Positions 29,086 through 38,746 of a DNA stretch of 64,000 nt are shown here, piece after piece. Under the pieces are notes generated by a model that had not been told where the DNA came from, made no database searches, and saw only the letters and a list, made by a program, of their open reading frames with translations. A program made the translations under genes and the position numbers. Positions within the stretch are counted from its first letter, which is position 1; the number at the start of each line of letters is the position of its first letter. This DNA is from a virus, in the IMG/VR virus record IMGVR_UViG_3300026488_000010, one strand, 5' to 3'.

Positions 29086-29584
29086 AAAAACAATTAATTG
29101 GGACATCGCGTCCCGATTAGGATTGATTTATAAAATCAATAAAGAGGTGCTACATCCTTTAGGAATGGCTATGACGAAAGATACATTTGGAAGATCTGAT
29201 GGTATTTTAGTTAATGATGAACCTTATACGTTCAGTCAAGAATTAATTGATCGGAATGAAGAAAAGTTAAAATCATTAGATAAAAATCTAAAAGATTTAT
29301 TCAAAGATTTTGGTACACCTTTAGATTTTAAATATAAATATAGAGTAACAGATGATGCTAAAATTAATATAGAATTAAATGAAATCATAAAATCTGTCGG
29401 TTATCATGTGTGGGATGAAGATGGTTCTATATCTTTCTCATCAGGTATAGTATACGATGAAATGTATCCATTCTTATTATATTCTGAGGACGATAATGAA
29501 TTCGTAATGTCGAATTCTGATAAAGGTGTTGAATTAACATTATCAGAATTTAAAAAACAATTAAAATTAATAAAAAGCAAATAA
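29075..29584 (+). CDS. Hypothetical protein
   Basis: Overlapping ORF with an RBS. Confidence 0.55.
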   Translation: MDYKKTINWDIASRLGLIYKINKEVLHPLGMAMTKDTFGRSDGILVNDEPYTFSQELIDRNEEKLKSLDKNLKDLFKDFGTPLDFKYKYRVTDDAKINIELNEIIKSVGYHVWDEDGSISFSSGIVYDEMYPFLLYSEDDNEFVMSNSDKGVELTLSEFKKQLKLIKSK

Positions 29585-29595
29585 AAAGGTTTAAC

Positions 29596-30012
29596 ATGAA
29601 AAAAGTAAGAAAAAATATATTTGAGACAAATAGTAGTAGTTCACATTCTTTAAGTTTAGGAACATTAGTTGGTATGCCAGATCAAAATATTGATGAGTGT
29701 CAAATTACATTAGGTGATGGTGAATATGGTTGGGCATGGGAAGATTTTGATGCATGGTTAGACAAAGCTGATTATATAACAGTTGATGCTAAAGGTGATC
29801 AATCTAAATTAGATAAGATTGAAAGAGCAATTAAAGAAGTATATCCAAATGCTGTTATTAATTGGTCAACTGAAGGTTATATTGATCATGATTCTGCAGA
29901 TACCTTTTGGGGAAATTCTGAAACTGATTATGAAGACGTTAAAACTTTTATCTGGGGGAATGGTGGATTCTCAACAGGTAATGATAATGAAGATGGCACG
30001 CAACAATATTAA
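29596..30012 (+). CDS. Hypothetical acidic protein with an N-terminal FETNSSSSHS motif
   Basis: AAAGG RBS; motif read directly. Confidence 0.6.
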   Translation: MKKVRKNIFETNSSSSHSLSLGTLVGMPDQNIDECQITLGDGEYGWAWEDFDAWLDKADYITVDAKGDQSKLDKIERAIKEVYPNAVINWSTEGYIDHDSADTFWGNSETDYEDVKTFIWGNGGFSTGNDNEDGTQQY

Positions 30013-30014
30013 AT

Positions 30015-30178
30015 GATAAAACGATCTTTAAAGATCGTTTTATCTTGGATTAAAAACCTTATTTCTATATTAACTTTTCTATCTTTAATGATCGTTTTAT
30101 ATATAGTTGATAAGTTAACGTTTTACAACACAGTAGTAAAAATAAATATAAAAACGATCTTTAAAGATCGTTTTTATA
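30015..30178. repeat. Intergenic cluster: two copies of the 24-bp palindrome flanking a reverse-oriented palindrome plus 15-mer module
   Basis: AAAACGATCTTTAAAGATCGTTTT at 30018-30041 and 30151-30174; TATTTCTATATTAAC at 30060-30074. Confidence 0.85.
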
Positions 30179-30198
30179 AATTCAAATAGGAGAAAATA

Positions 30199-31107
30199 AT
30201 GAAATTACATTATTATAACGATGGTCTTTTAAAGAGTCTAAAAAATCTATATTTTTCGAAACTTGAAAAATATGTGCCAGGTATGAAAGATGTTTTATTA
30301 AATAAAAAACCGTTCGTGGTCCATAATGCAGGTGTACCTCAAGAATTGATAAAAGATATGAATCAATACAATTACGGAGTATCTGATTATTTATCTGGAG
30401 AAGATTTAATTAATCCTCGATCAAATTTTATGCAAGATAAAGAACGTCAGCTTCAAAATATAAATTCATTATTACAAATAATGTTTGATTATGGATTATC
30501 TGAAACAACTAGATTAGTAATAGACACACTCAATTTATTCGATGGTAAATCTGTATTAGTTGGTGGAGCAATTCGTGATGCATTAAATGGTGAGGTTCCC
30601 CATGATTATGATTTTGCAACAGATATTCCATACGCATCATTAGAGATGATTTTTAGAGGCAGAGGCTTTAAATGTATTGAGGCAGGTAATCAATTTAAAG
30701 TTTTACATATTTCAAAAGATGGTGAAAAATTCGAGATTGCAAATTTCAGATGCGATGGTGAATATATTGATGGAAAGCCTGTTCAAGTTGAAATTGGCAC
30801 AATTATAGATGATGTCTATCGCAGAGATTTCACCGTAAATTCATTAATGGTTGATTTAAGAACTGTGATGGTTTTAGATATAACTGGTCAAGGGATTGAT
30901 GATACAATTTCAAAAACTTTACGTTTTGTTGGTAACCCACAAGAGAGGTTAGATGAAGATCTTTTAAGAGTTTATCGTGCATATAGATTTGCAGCTAAAG
31001 GTTATAAAATGGAACCTAAAACGTTGACAGCTGTTCGTAGAAATTTTGAATGTGCTCAAAAAACAGTTGCTGCTGAAAGAGTTAAAAATGAATTGGAGAA
31101 ACTATGA
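30199..31107 (+). CDS. Class II tRNA nucleotidyltransferase (CCA/poly(A) polymerase family), head and neck region only
   Basis: VGGAIRD, DYDFAT, RRDFTVN, EDLLRVYRAYRF, ERVKNEL followed by a stop. Confidence 0.85.
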   Translation: MKLHYYNDGLLKSLKNLYFSKLEKYVPGMKDVLLNKKPFVVHNAGVPQELIKDMNQYNYGVSDYLSGEDLINPRSNFMQDKERQLQNINSLLQIMFDYGLSETTRLVIDTLNLFDGKSVLVGGAIRDALNGEVPHDYDFATDIPYASLEMIFRGRGFKCIEAGNQFKVLHISKDGEKFEIANFRCDGEYIDGKPVQVEIGTIIDDVYRRDFTVNSLMVDLRTVMVLDITGQGIDDTISKTLRFVGNPQERLDEDLLRVYRAYRFAAKGYKMEPKTLTAVRRNFECAQKTVAAERVKNELEKL

Positions 31108-31511
31108 ATGTTACAAATTTAGCAGGTAATCGGGTCTTTGATTTTTCGAAATTGAATGAGATGATGTGTTTTATTCAGAATGAAAGACAATCTGAAATCA
31201 GAGATGAAGTTGTTAATATGTTAACTCAAATTCAATCTCAACAGTTGATAGAGATAAAGGGTATACATTTACAAAAGAATGATCTAATTTTAGATTTAAA
31301 AAAGAAACAATTATATGAAGTTGATTATGTTAGTCATTATGATGCAACAGGTTTAGATGGTGATGATAATACAATAATGGTTTCATATATAGGTGAAGAT
31401 GATTCTGATAATTTTAATATCGATGCTAATGTTATCATATTAATAGATAAAGTAGACTTATTAAAACGAAAAATGGATAATGATATATTAAAGGAGATGT
31501 TCAATGAATAA
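31104..31511 (+). CDS. Hypothetical protein
   Basis: ATGA overlap; GGAG RBS. Confidence 0.55.
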   Translation: MNVTNLAGNRVFDFSKLNEMMCFIQNERQSEIRDEVVNMLTQIQSQQLIEIKGIHLQKNDLILDLKKKQLYEVDYVSHYDATGLDGDDNTIMVSYIGEDDSDNFNIDANVIILIDKVDLLKRKMDNDILKEMFNE

Positions 31512-31869
31512 TATCACACCAGAACAGATAAGAGACATAAATTCTGCAACTCAGGAGATAGGTAAATTTCAAAAGATATCTATGCAAAAATTACAACAAA
31601 ATGATTTTAGAAGTGCTCAGATGTTTTTTAGTTTATTATCTGCAGCTGCAGGAAAGTGTTCTGATACGTTGAGAGATATATCAAAAGTAGATGAAGAGGA
31701 GAATGATGATGTCGTTTCAACAACTAATATCAGCAAATCAAAAGAATCAAAAGAATCAATCAAAAGTGCTGGAAAATCGGCGAGCGAAGATGATGACGCT
31801 TCAGAGACAGATGCAGGATCGGTCCCTGGAGATGACGATGATGGCGATGCAACAACAGAAAATGTATGA
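31504..31869 (+). CDS. Hypothetical protein with an acidic low-complexity tail
   Basis: AAGGAG RBS. Confidence 0.55.
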   Translation: MNNITPEQIRDINSATQEIGKFQKISMQKLQQNDFRSAQMFFSLLSAAAGKCSDTLRDISKVDEEENDDVVSTTNISKSKESKESIKSAGKSASEDDDASETDAGSVPGDDDDGDATTENV

Positions 31870-32221
31870 TGATGTGTCAGAATTAAATAATATGCAAAAA
31901 TTGGCTCCTCAAGAGGTAATAATTGAAAAAACAATTGAGGAGAAGATTGAGAAGATTGAGAAGATTGAAGATGTACCATCGGTTGATAAATCATTAACAT
32001 ATAATGGATATAAAGATTGGATAATTATTGCAGATACTTTGGAAAATACCACATTATCACCAACTGAACATTTTCCTGAAATGGTTGATAAACAATTAGA
32101 AATTGACAGAACAAAATTTGATGTTACTATTTTGAATCATTCAATAACTGATTCAAATAATAAGTTCTGGATAACATTAACTTTAGGTATAACACCAATT
32201 AAAAAACAAAGAAGGTTTTAA
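31862..32221 (+). CDS. Hypothetical protein (probable start 31862 within track ORF 31691-32221)
   Basis: In-frame ATG overlaps the end of the upstream gene. Confidence 0.5.
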   Translation: MYDDVSELNNMQKLAPQEVIIEKTIEEKIEKIEKIEDVPSVDKSLTYNGYKDWIIIADTLENTTLSPTEHFPEMVDKQLEIDRTKFDVTILNHSITDSNNKFWITLTLGITPIKKQRRF

Positions 32222-32222
32222 A

Positions 32223-32495
32223 ATGAATGATTATATAGATTGTGATGAACGTAATCGCACAATGCAGTTACGAGATGGATCAAATATAAATCAAGGAGAA
32301 ACTGATTTATATTTTTGGCAATATAATAAATTAGGAGGATTCTTAACAAAAATATTTGATGCGATGGCAGTGGCCGACACGACAAATTTAAATAAGATCG
32401 CAAAAGGGTTCCCACAACAAGTACAAGCATATAAAGATTATGGTAATCTTAGCGGCTTTTGGGAACAAGTTAAAATAAATATGGAATCAGATTAG
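32223..32495 (+). CDS. Hypothetical protein
   Basis: Packed co-oriented ORF. Confidence 0.55.
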   Translation: MNDYIDCDERNRTMQLRDGSNINQGETDLYFWQYNKLGGFLTKIFDAMAVADTTNLNKIAKGFPQQVQAYKDYGNLSGFWEQVKINMESD

Positions 32496-32503
32496 GAGTC
32501 TAC

Positions 32504-32719
32504 ATGGGAGACACAAAAACAACAAGACGAAAGACATTTGAATATTATATGTTTTCAACATCAAATTCTGGTGAGATGAATAAAGAGATCGAAAGACGTT
32601 TAAAAAAAGGTTGGGAAATTAGTGAAAAACAATTCAAGATGAGTAATGGTGGCAATAATAGAGCATACGCAATATTATTTGAAAAAGAAAAAAAGAAAAA
32701 GGATAATTATGTATTTTGA
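32504..32719 (+). CDS. Small protein, DUF1737-like pattern
   Basis: MNKEIERRLKKGWEI...YAILF; AGGAG RBS. Confidence 0.5.
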   Translation: MGDTKTTRRKTFEYYMFSTSNSGEMNKEIERRLKKGWEISEKQFKMSNGGNNRAYAILFEKEKKKKDNYVF

Positions 32720-33152
32720 TAATATTATGAAAGATAATAAAGTATACTCATTAATATATGGATTTGGTATTGTTAAAAATGTTGTTGATACAAAAAGCAG
32801 ATTAGACGGCTTTTATATATTTTCAGTACAATATGATAATCATAAAATTGTTCATTACACTGCAGATGGTATACCAAATTGGTGTGGGGATGATTGTGGA
32901 ACTCAAACAGTATTTTATAAAAATGATATAGATTTTGACAGAGTTGATTTTAAAACATCCGAGGATGTTTTAAGTATTAAAAAAGTAAAAAAACTTAGAG
33001 GTACTGGTAAATTGGAGATGAAGTGTCCATCAGGTCTTTGGCGAAATGCTGATGAATGTCCTATAAAAATTATCACAGATGCAATATCTAAATCAAAAAC
33101 TTATCTATTCAGAATGGTTGAGTATATTGGAAAAGAGCGCAGAGATAGATAA
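32709..33152 (+). CDS. Hypothetical protein (probable start 32709)
   Basis: AAGGAT RBS before the in-frame ATG. Confidence 0.55.
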   Translation: MYFDNIMKDNKVYSLIYGFGIVKNVVDTKSRLDGFYIFSVQYDNHKIVHYTADGIPNWCGDDCGTQTVFYKNDIDFDRVDFKTSEDVLSIKKVKKLRGTGKLEMKCPSGLWRNADECPIKIITDAISKSKTYLFRMVEYIGKERRDR

Positions 33153-33379
33153 TGAAAGAAGTAATTATTTTAGATTCTTGGACGGCTAAAGGCCTATCAG
33201 AAGAGATTAATGTATATTTAAAAAATGGTTGGAATATATGTGATGCTGTACCAGGAGTTGTACCTGGTAGTGTTCATGGTGCAACATCTGGACATTTTTA
33301 TATAATGCTTGAGCGCGAGATTGAAAATAAAGAAACTAAAGAAACTAAAAAAACTAAAAATGATAAAAAAGGATTTTAA
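33152..33379 (+). CDS. Small protein, DUF1737-like pattern
   Basis: LSEEINVYLKNGWNI...FYIMLER. Confidence 0.5.
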   Translation: MKEVIILDSWTAKGLSEEINVYLKNGWNICDAVPGVVPGSVHGATSGHFYIMLEREIENKETKETKKTKNDKKGF

Positions 33380-33448
33380 TGAAATTTACATTTAATAAAA
33401 AAGATTTTAATGAAATTTACATTTAATAAAAAAGGATTTTAATGAAAT
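33364..33448 (+). repeat. ~32-nt direct repeat, 2.7 copies, at the end of the endonuclease gene
   Basis: TAAAAAAG(G)ATTTTAATGAAATTTACATTTAA twice plus a partial third copy. Confidence 0.85.
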
Positions 33449-34254
33449 CTAGCATACCATCCAATGCAAAATCCTCTGTCAGATTTTATAGCTCGTGTCT
33501 GCCAAGATTTATTTTCATATAATATTGTATTGTTTATATATGTTTTACACATTGCACCGTATGGTAAATTTAATTCGTAACATTTTGATTTAAAATTACC
33601 ATTACATTCACATACAACATTATCATTATTATCAAAAATTATTATTTTTTTCGAGTTTGGATTTTTATTTCCTGAAGTGTTTCTATTTTTACATCCTTCT
33701 TTTATAGATGCTCTAATCTTAGCATTAATGATTGGATCAGATTTTGTTCTTCGTTGCTTTTCTGAAGCAGTTTTATAAATATTAGAAGCATCATGGTGGG
33801 TTTTAGACCAATGTTCATTCTTATTATAATATTCTTTTAATGTTTTTGATATTTTTTGAGAGTTGTTTTTATAAAACAACTCTTTTTCATCGATTGACAT
33901 CTTACTGGTAAAATGTTCATCACCTGAATGTATTAGATAAAATGTTACACATTGATTTGCCTTATTTAAAAATTTTGGATGATATCGAACATCAAAATAA
34001 TGATGATATTTAGATTCAAATTTTATAGCATCTTTGCGATTATTAAAAATATATAATATTTTATATTTAAATCTCGGATGATCTTTTTTTTGATCAATTA
34101 TAAATTGTTTATTAGTCGAAGAAGAATAATATACATTACCTAGATCATCAATGGGTAATATATTACAACTTCTTGAACCAACATAATGCATTGAATTGTG
34201 TTTATCAGTTATTCGATAAACATAATGATATTGTTTCGTTGTATTATTTGACAT
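33439..34254 (-). mobile_element. Free-standing Seg-like GIY-YIG homing endonuclease in reverse orientation
   Basis: YHYVYRIT...HYVGSRS...YYSSS; C-terminal GNKNPNSKKIII; the only substantial minus-strand gene in the + block. Confidence 0.8.
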
Positions 34255-34303
34255 TTTGGTCTCCTTATGTTTTATAATTATTTGTTAATATAGTGGAGTT
34301 GTT

Positions 34304-35806
34304 ATGAAAGAAAATATTAAAGTTAAATATAAAGGTATAGATATAGAGATTATACTTATACATGTCGCTGGGTCAAGGTTATATGGCACATCAAATAGTG
34401 AATCAGATTGGGATTATCGAGGAGTATTCATATCTGATATAAAATCAAAAGTTGGCTTATTAGAACAATTAGAAATAATCGAATCTCGTAATGATAAAGA
34501 ATTTTTTATTAAATTAAATAATGATTATAATTTAGGTATGAAAGATTGCGATGATATCGTTTTATGGGAAATTAAAAAATTTACAGAAATGTTGTCAAAT
34601 GGGAATCCAAACACATTAGATTCAATAACTTTTGATAGCCTTTCAGATGCAAATATTTATTGTAATGATCAAGGACATTACTTGCTTAGTCATAAACAAT
34701 TGTTTATGACAAAAAAATTAAAACATACATTCTCAGGTTATGCTATGTCACAGCTACATAAGATCAAAAATCATAATAGATGGATTGAAAAATATCCAAT
34801 GTCAACATTAGTTTTACAAATGTTAGTTACTCATAGAAACAATCGAAGAATTGATCGTACATGGGTTTCTGATAATTTTGGTGGAAGAGTAGCATCTGAA
34901 TTATTTGATGATCATATTTTTCCAGCATTAGCCGTTGATGAAAAATTGCCTACTAATATGAGTGTTGACACATTCTTTAAATGTCATGATGTAGAATATC
35001 CTCAATTCGCTTTTCCTAAAGTAGATATTACTGAACTTAAAAGATATATGATTCCTAGAATGATTGATTATGTAAAAGCATTCGATCAAAAAGCCAAGAG
35101 ATTAGATTTGGATGCACCTTTTGAAATGAGTATAGGAAATGATATCGAAGTATTAACGATTAGAGATTTATTATTAGAATCTGGTTCTTTCAGAGCACTT
35201 GGTGGATCAATATTAAATATTTTTACTGATGGTTCAGGCATCTTTGATAGACAAGGTTCTGTTAAGAAACATCCTCCTGAAGAAGTTGGAGATTTTGTGT
35301 GTTCTATCATTATCGATAAAGATCGTTATAAAGCTGACTTCGACGAAGTCTCTAAAATGTGGAAATGGAAGATTGAACGAAACATTGCAAGATCTGTACT
35401 CGAAGATAAACATGGTTATGATACAAAACATGCAAGTCATTTATATCGATTAATGATTGGAGCTGAACATACTCTTAGAGATTGTTTATTTGACCCTGTA
35501 TTAACAGATGATGATTTACAAATGGTAAAAGATGTTCGATATGGAAAATATGAATATGATGAAATTATAGCATATGCTAAGAAATCAGAAGAGTTATTAG
35601 ATGTATTATATGAATCATCAACATTACCACAAAAGGTAGATATTCATAAAATAAATAAACTATTACTTGAACTTCAAGGTGTGTCGTCGAGTGTGTCGAG
35701 TGTGTCGAGTGTGTCGAGTGTGTCGAGTGTGTTGAGTGTGTCGAGTGTGTCGAGTGTGTCGAGTGTGTCGAGTGTGTCGAGTGTGTCGAGTGTGTCGAGT
35801 GTATAA
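34304..35806 (+). CDS. Pol-beta-superfamily nucleotidyltransferase (RlaP / T4 NrdC.11-like) with an (SSV)n tail
   Basis: GSRLYGTS...SDWDYRGVF, NGNPN, YDTKHASHLYRL. Confidence 0.8.
   Translation: MKENIKVKYKGIDIEIILIHVAGSRLYGTSNSESDWDYRGVFISDIKSKVGLLEQLEIIESRNDKEFFIKLNNDYNLGMKDCDDIVLWEIKKFTEMLSNGNPNTLDSITFDSLSDANIYCNDQGHYLLSHKQLFMTKKLKHTFSGYAMSQLHKIKNHNRWIEKYPMSTLVLQMLVTHRNNRRIDRTWVSDNFGGRVASELFDDHIFPALAVDEKLPTNMSVDTFFKCHDVEYPQFAFPKVDITELKRYMIPRMIDYVKAFDQKAKRLDLDAPFEMSIGNDIEVLTIRDLLLESGSFRALGGSILNIFTDGSGIFDRQGSVKKHPPEEVGDFVCSIIIDKDRYKADFDEVSKMWKWKIERNIARSVLEDKHGYDTKHASHLYRLMIGAEHTLRDCLFDPVLTDDDLQMVKDVRYGKYEYDEIIAYAKKSEELLDVLYESSTLPQKVDIHKINKLLLELQGVSSSVSSVSSVSSVSSVLSVSSVSSVSSVSSVSSVSSVSSV
35687..35803 (+). 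repeat. 9-nt tandem repeat TCGAGTGTG, 13 copies (one TTGAGTGTG variant), encoding (SSV)n
   Basis: Read directly from the sequence. Confidence 0.95.
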
Positions 35807-35822
35807 AGCATAAGGAACAAAA

Positions 35823-36059
35823 ATGTTTAAAATGTTTGATATAAAAGATCGATTATATGAGAAAGGTGTTTATAGAATCACATATGAATTATCAGATTCT
35901 AGTACAAAATTGGAAACTTTAATTGAAAATAATGAAAATTTCACATTAGATAATTTAACAGCATTTTTAAAAAAAGTTATCCCAAATTTGGATACAACTG
36001 CTGATAGAATTAATTTAAAGAAAACAGAATTTGAAAGTGTAGCTAAAAGGAGCTTTTAA
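35823..36059 (+). CDS. Hypothetical protein
   Basis: AAGGA RBS. Confidence 0.55.
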   Translation: MFKMFDIKDRLYEKGVYRITYELSDSSTKLETLIENNENFTLDNLTAFLKKVIPNLDTTADRINLKKTEFESVAKRSF

Positions 36060-37390
36060 TGATAAATACCGTAAACGGGGCAAATGAAAAACAGTTAGAA
36101 ACATTCAATGGAATTGTTTCAGCAGCAATGACTTTAAAAGATGATGGTGCACCTTTGAATAAGGTGTATTCACTAGTTGGTTCGGCTGGAACAGGAAAAA
36201 CTTGGATATTGACGCAGATAATAAAAGAAGTGTTATCACAGGGTATTAAAGTAGCAATGACCACACCGACACATAAAGCACTATCTGTTGTAACTGATAT
36301 GTTAACCGAAGCAAAAATCACAGATCCAAATTTAATTACTGGAACAATTCATTATTTTTTAAATTTAAAACTTGATTATGGTTTTGGTGATGATGGTTCC
36401 GCTGATAATGTAACAACTAAACCAAAGTTGGTAATTAATAAATTTAATGAGTGTTTACAATATACTGATTTATTAATTATTGATGAGTCTAGTATGGTAT
36501 CAGAAGAGTTATATAAATTAACAATGGAAATATTAGATGATAGATGCAAGATGATATTATTTGTAGGTGATAAATACCAATTACTTCCTGTTGAGGGTGG
36601 AGAAAATATTATTTATGATCATCCAGAGATCATGCATTATCAATTAACAGAAACTGTTCGACAAAAAGAAGGTTCATCTATAATTGAAAAAGCAAATGAA
36701 ATACGAGATTATATAAAATATGGGAATCATCCAGATAATATTTTTGAACTATTTCATGAAACAGATGAAATTAAACTTCTACAAGAAAATGAATTTTTGC
36801 CGGATTATTTTGAAAATGAGCATATTAAAATGATTGGGTCATTTACAAATGTAATGGTTGATCAATATAATGTGTATGTTAGATATGTTGATACAAAAGA
36901 ATTAAATTACTTAGCTGCTGGGGATGAGGTTGTATTTCAAAAACCTTATTCAAATGCATCAGGTGAATTGATTTTTCAAAATGGTGAAACAGTAGAAGTG
37001 CAATCAACAAAAAAAGTATTTGATGATAAAAATAGTGTATGGTATTGGAGATGTAAAGGAAACTCTAGAATGTTTAATGTTTTAGATCCTGAATCAACAT
37101 CAGTGTATAAAGACAAGTTAAAAGAGTTATTAGATTTTGCAAAAACTCAAAAAGGTTACAATAAATCAAATGCTTGGAAAGCATATTTCAAACTTATGAA
37201 TCGTTTTGGAATAATAAAATATTCGTATGCAAGTACATTGCATAAACTTCAAGGTTCAACTACTGAATCAATGTATTTTGATATGAGAGATTTAAAAAGG
37301 TTTTATACTCGTGATAAAGAAGGCGTATTGAGATTAATATATGTTGCAATTACTAGACCAAGTTTAAAGTTGCATATTTTAGGAATGTAA
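36059..37390 (+). CDS. dda: Dda/RecD-like superfamily 1B DNA helicase
   Basis: GSAGTGKT, PTHKA, TIH, IDESSMV, GDKYQL, VRQ, TLHKLQGST, YVAITR. Confidence 0.85.
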   Translation: MINTVNGANEKQLETFNGIVSAAMTLKDDGAPLNKVYSLVGSAGTGKTWILTQIIKEVLSQGIKVAMTTPTHKALSVVTDMLTEAKITDPNLITGTIHYFLNLKLDYGFGDDGSADNVTTKPKLVINKFNECLQYTDLLIIDESSMVSEELYKLTMEILDDRCKMILFVGDKYQLLPVEGGENIIYDHPEIMHYQLTETVRQKEGSSIIEKANEIRDYIKYGNHPDNIFELFHETDEIKLLQENEFLPDYFENEHIKMIGSFTNVMVDQYNVYVRYVDTKELNYLAAGDEVVFQKPYSNASGELIFQNGETVEVQSTKKVFDDKNSVWYWRCKGNSRMFNVLDPESTSVYKDKLKELLDFAKTQKGYNKSNAWKAYFKLMNRFGIIKYSYASTLHKLQGSTTESMYFDMRDLKRFYTRDKEGVLRLIYVAITRPSLKLHILGM

Positions 37391-37391
37391 C

Positions 37392-37889
37392 ATGATTCCT
37401 AAAAAATTATCAGATACACATGTTTATAAAATTAACGTTGATTTAAATTTCATAAAAGATTTAAAAAAAACAAAACTTGAAACATCAAGTGATCCTCAGT
37501 ATTATTTAAATATATCGAGTACTGAAAATGAAGACTCATATTTATATTTAACACAAAAAGAATATAACTATGCCATGAAGGGATTATTAAATCCCGAGCA
37601 TGCGTTTAATGCTGGAACACTATCAGCATATATTCCTGATAATAAAAAAGATTATATTCATCTAGCATCAGAATTAGCATTTCCTAAAGAATGGTTTGAA
37701 ATTAAAAAATTTAAATATGAAGAAGAATATGATTTTTCTGAAGTGCAAAATCATTTTTTTATGCAATGTGATAGTATGAATGAATTAAATAAAATAGTAA
37801 ATTTGGCGGAAAGTAAAGGATATAAATTAATACAATTTACATTTGATACTTTCTATTTAGAAATGAAGATTACCAAAAAAGGATTCTAA
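37392..37889 (+). CDS. Hypothetical protein
   Basis: Packed ORF. Confidence 0.55.
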   Translation: MIPKKLSDTHVYKINVDLNFIKDLKKTKLETSSDPQYYLNISSTENEDSYLYLTQKEYNYAMKGLLNPEHAFNAGTLSAYIPDNKKDYIHLASELAFPKEWFEIKKFKYEEEYDFSEVQNHFFMQCDSMNELNKIVNLAESKGYKLIQFTFDTFYLEMKITKKGF

Positions 37890-38056
37890 TGAAAACACAA
37901 AAACAGATATATGATACGATTTATAAAAGCAAATTATTTGAGTATAAGATAAGTTGCACTGATGATAAGGCAAGTCGTAAAGCTAACATGTATGCTGTAA
38001 AACATACATGGAGGCTATTCAATGAACAAAAAACTCAATCCAAAATTCGCGGATGA
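37889..38056 (+). CDS. Small basic hypothetical protein (55 aa, not in the ORF track)
   Basis: TAATG coupling; AAGGA RBS. Confidence 0.45.
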   Translation: MKTQKQIYDTIYKSKLFEYKISCTDDKASRKANMYAVKHTWRLFNEQKTQSKIRG

Positions 38057-38447
38057 ACCATTCAGAACTTTTACAGCAATTGTTGAGAATAGAAACACTT
38101 CAGATTTAAATAGATTCGGATATATTCGAATACTTTTAAGAGAAGTTCGCTTAAATGGTAGATTACTATTTAGAGAACATATGTGGATAAAAGATTCAAA
38201 ACATACTAAACATTTAAAAAAGAACACTGTTATTAGATTTAGAGGCAAGATTGAAAAATATATAGATATTGATAACGCAAATGGATACAAAGTCACAGTT
38301 GCATGTATTAGGAATATAGATACTTTATATATTCAAAACACATTAAAAATGCGAAAAGAAATGTATTTACCTAGAAGAATATATAACAGAAGATTAAAAA
38401 AATTTAAGGCTTATAATGATAGGAACACAAATAAAAAAAGCAAATAA
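38022..38447 (+). CDS. Basic hypothetical protein
   Basis: GGAGG RBS. Confidence 0.55.
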   Translation: MNKKLNPKFADEPFRTFTAIVENRNTSDLNRFGYIRILLREVRLNGRLLFREHMWIKDSKHTKHLKKNTVIRFRGKIEKYIDIDNANGYKVTVACIRNIDTLYIQNTLKMRKEMYLPRRIYNRRLKKFKAYNDRNTNKKSK

Positions 38448-38739
38448 AATCCCGTTTATACAAGCAGTTAGAATTGCACTCGGATTAACAAGCGCTATGA
38501 TATATAACGACATTCGTTGGAAATATAAAAAAGGAGAACCTAGAGTTAGAATTGGTAGAGCTCTTAAAGTTCAGCTACATGATTGGATACCAACACTACA
38601 AGAAATTAGAAATTTGGAAGAAATTCTTGTGAATTATAATTGTAAACTTGTATCACATGGTGTCCCAACTTCTAAAAGTTATAGAGGAATATTAAGAAGT
38701 TACAGATTTAAATTAGAGTTTATTGATAAAAATTTGTAA
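38416..38739 (+). CDS. Basic hypothetical protein
   Basis: Overlapping co-oriented ORF. Confidence 0.5.
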   Translation: MIGTQIKKANKIPFIQAVRIALGLTSAMIYNDIRWKYKKGEPRVRIGRALKVQLHDWIPTLQEIRNLEEILVNYNCKLVSHGVPTSKSYRGILRSYRFKLEFIDKNL

Positions 38740-38746
38740 TAAAATA

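Noticed and set aside
34304-35806. CBASS CD-NTase or toxin
   Set aside because: The motifs fit the RlaP/NrdC.11 family, and no effector gene is adjacent
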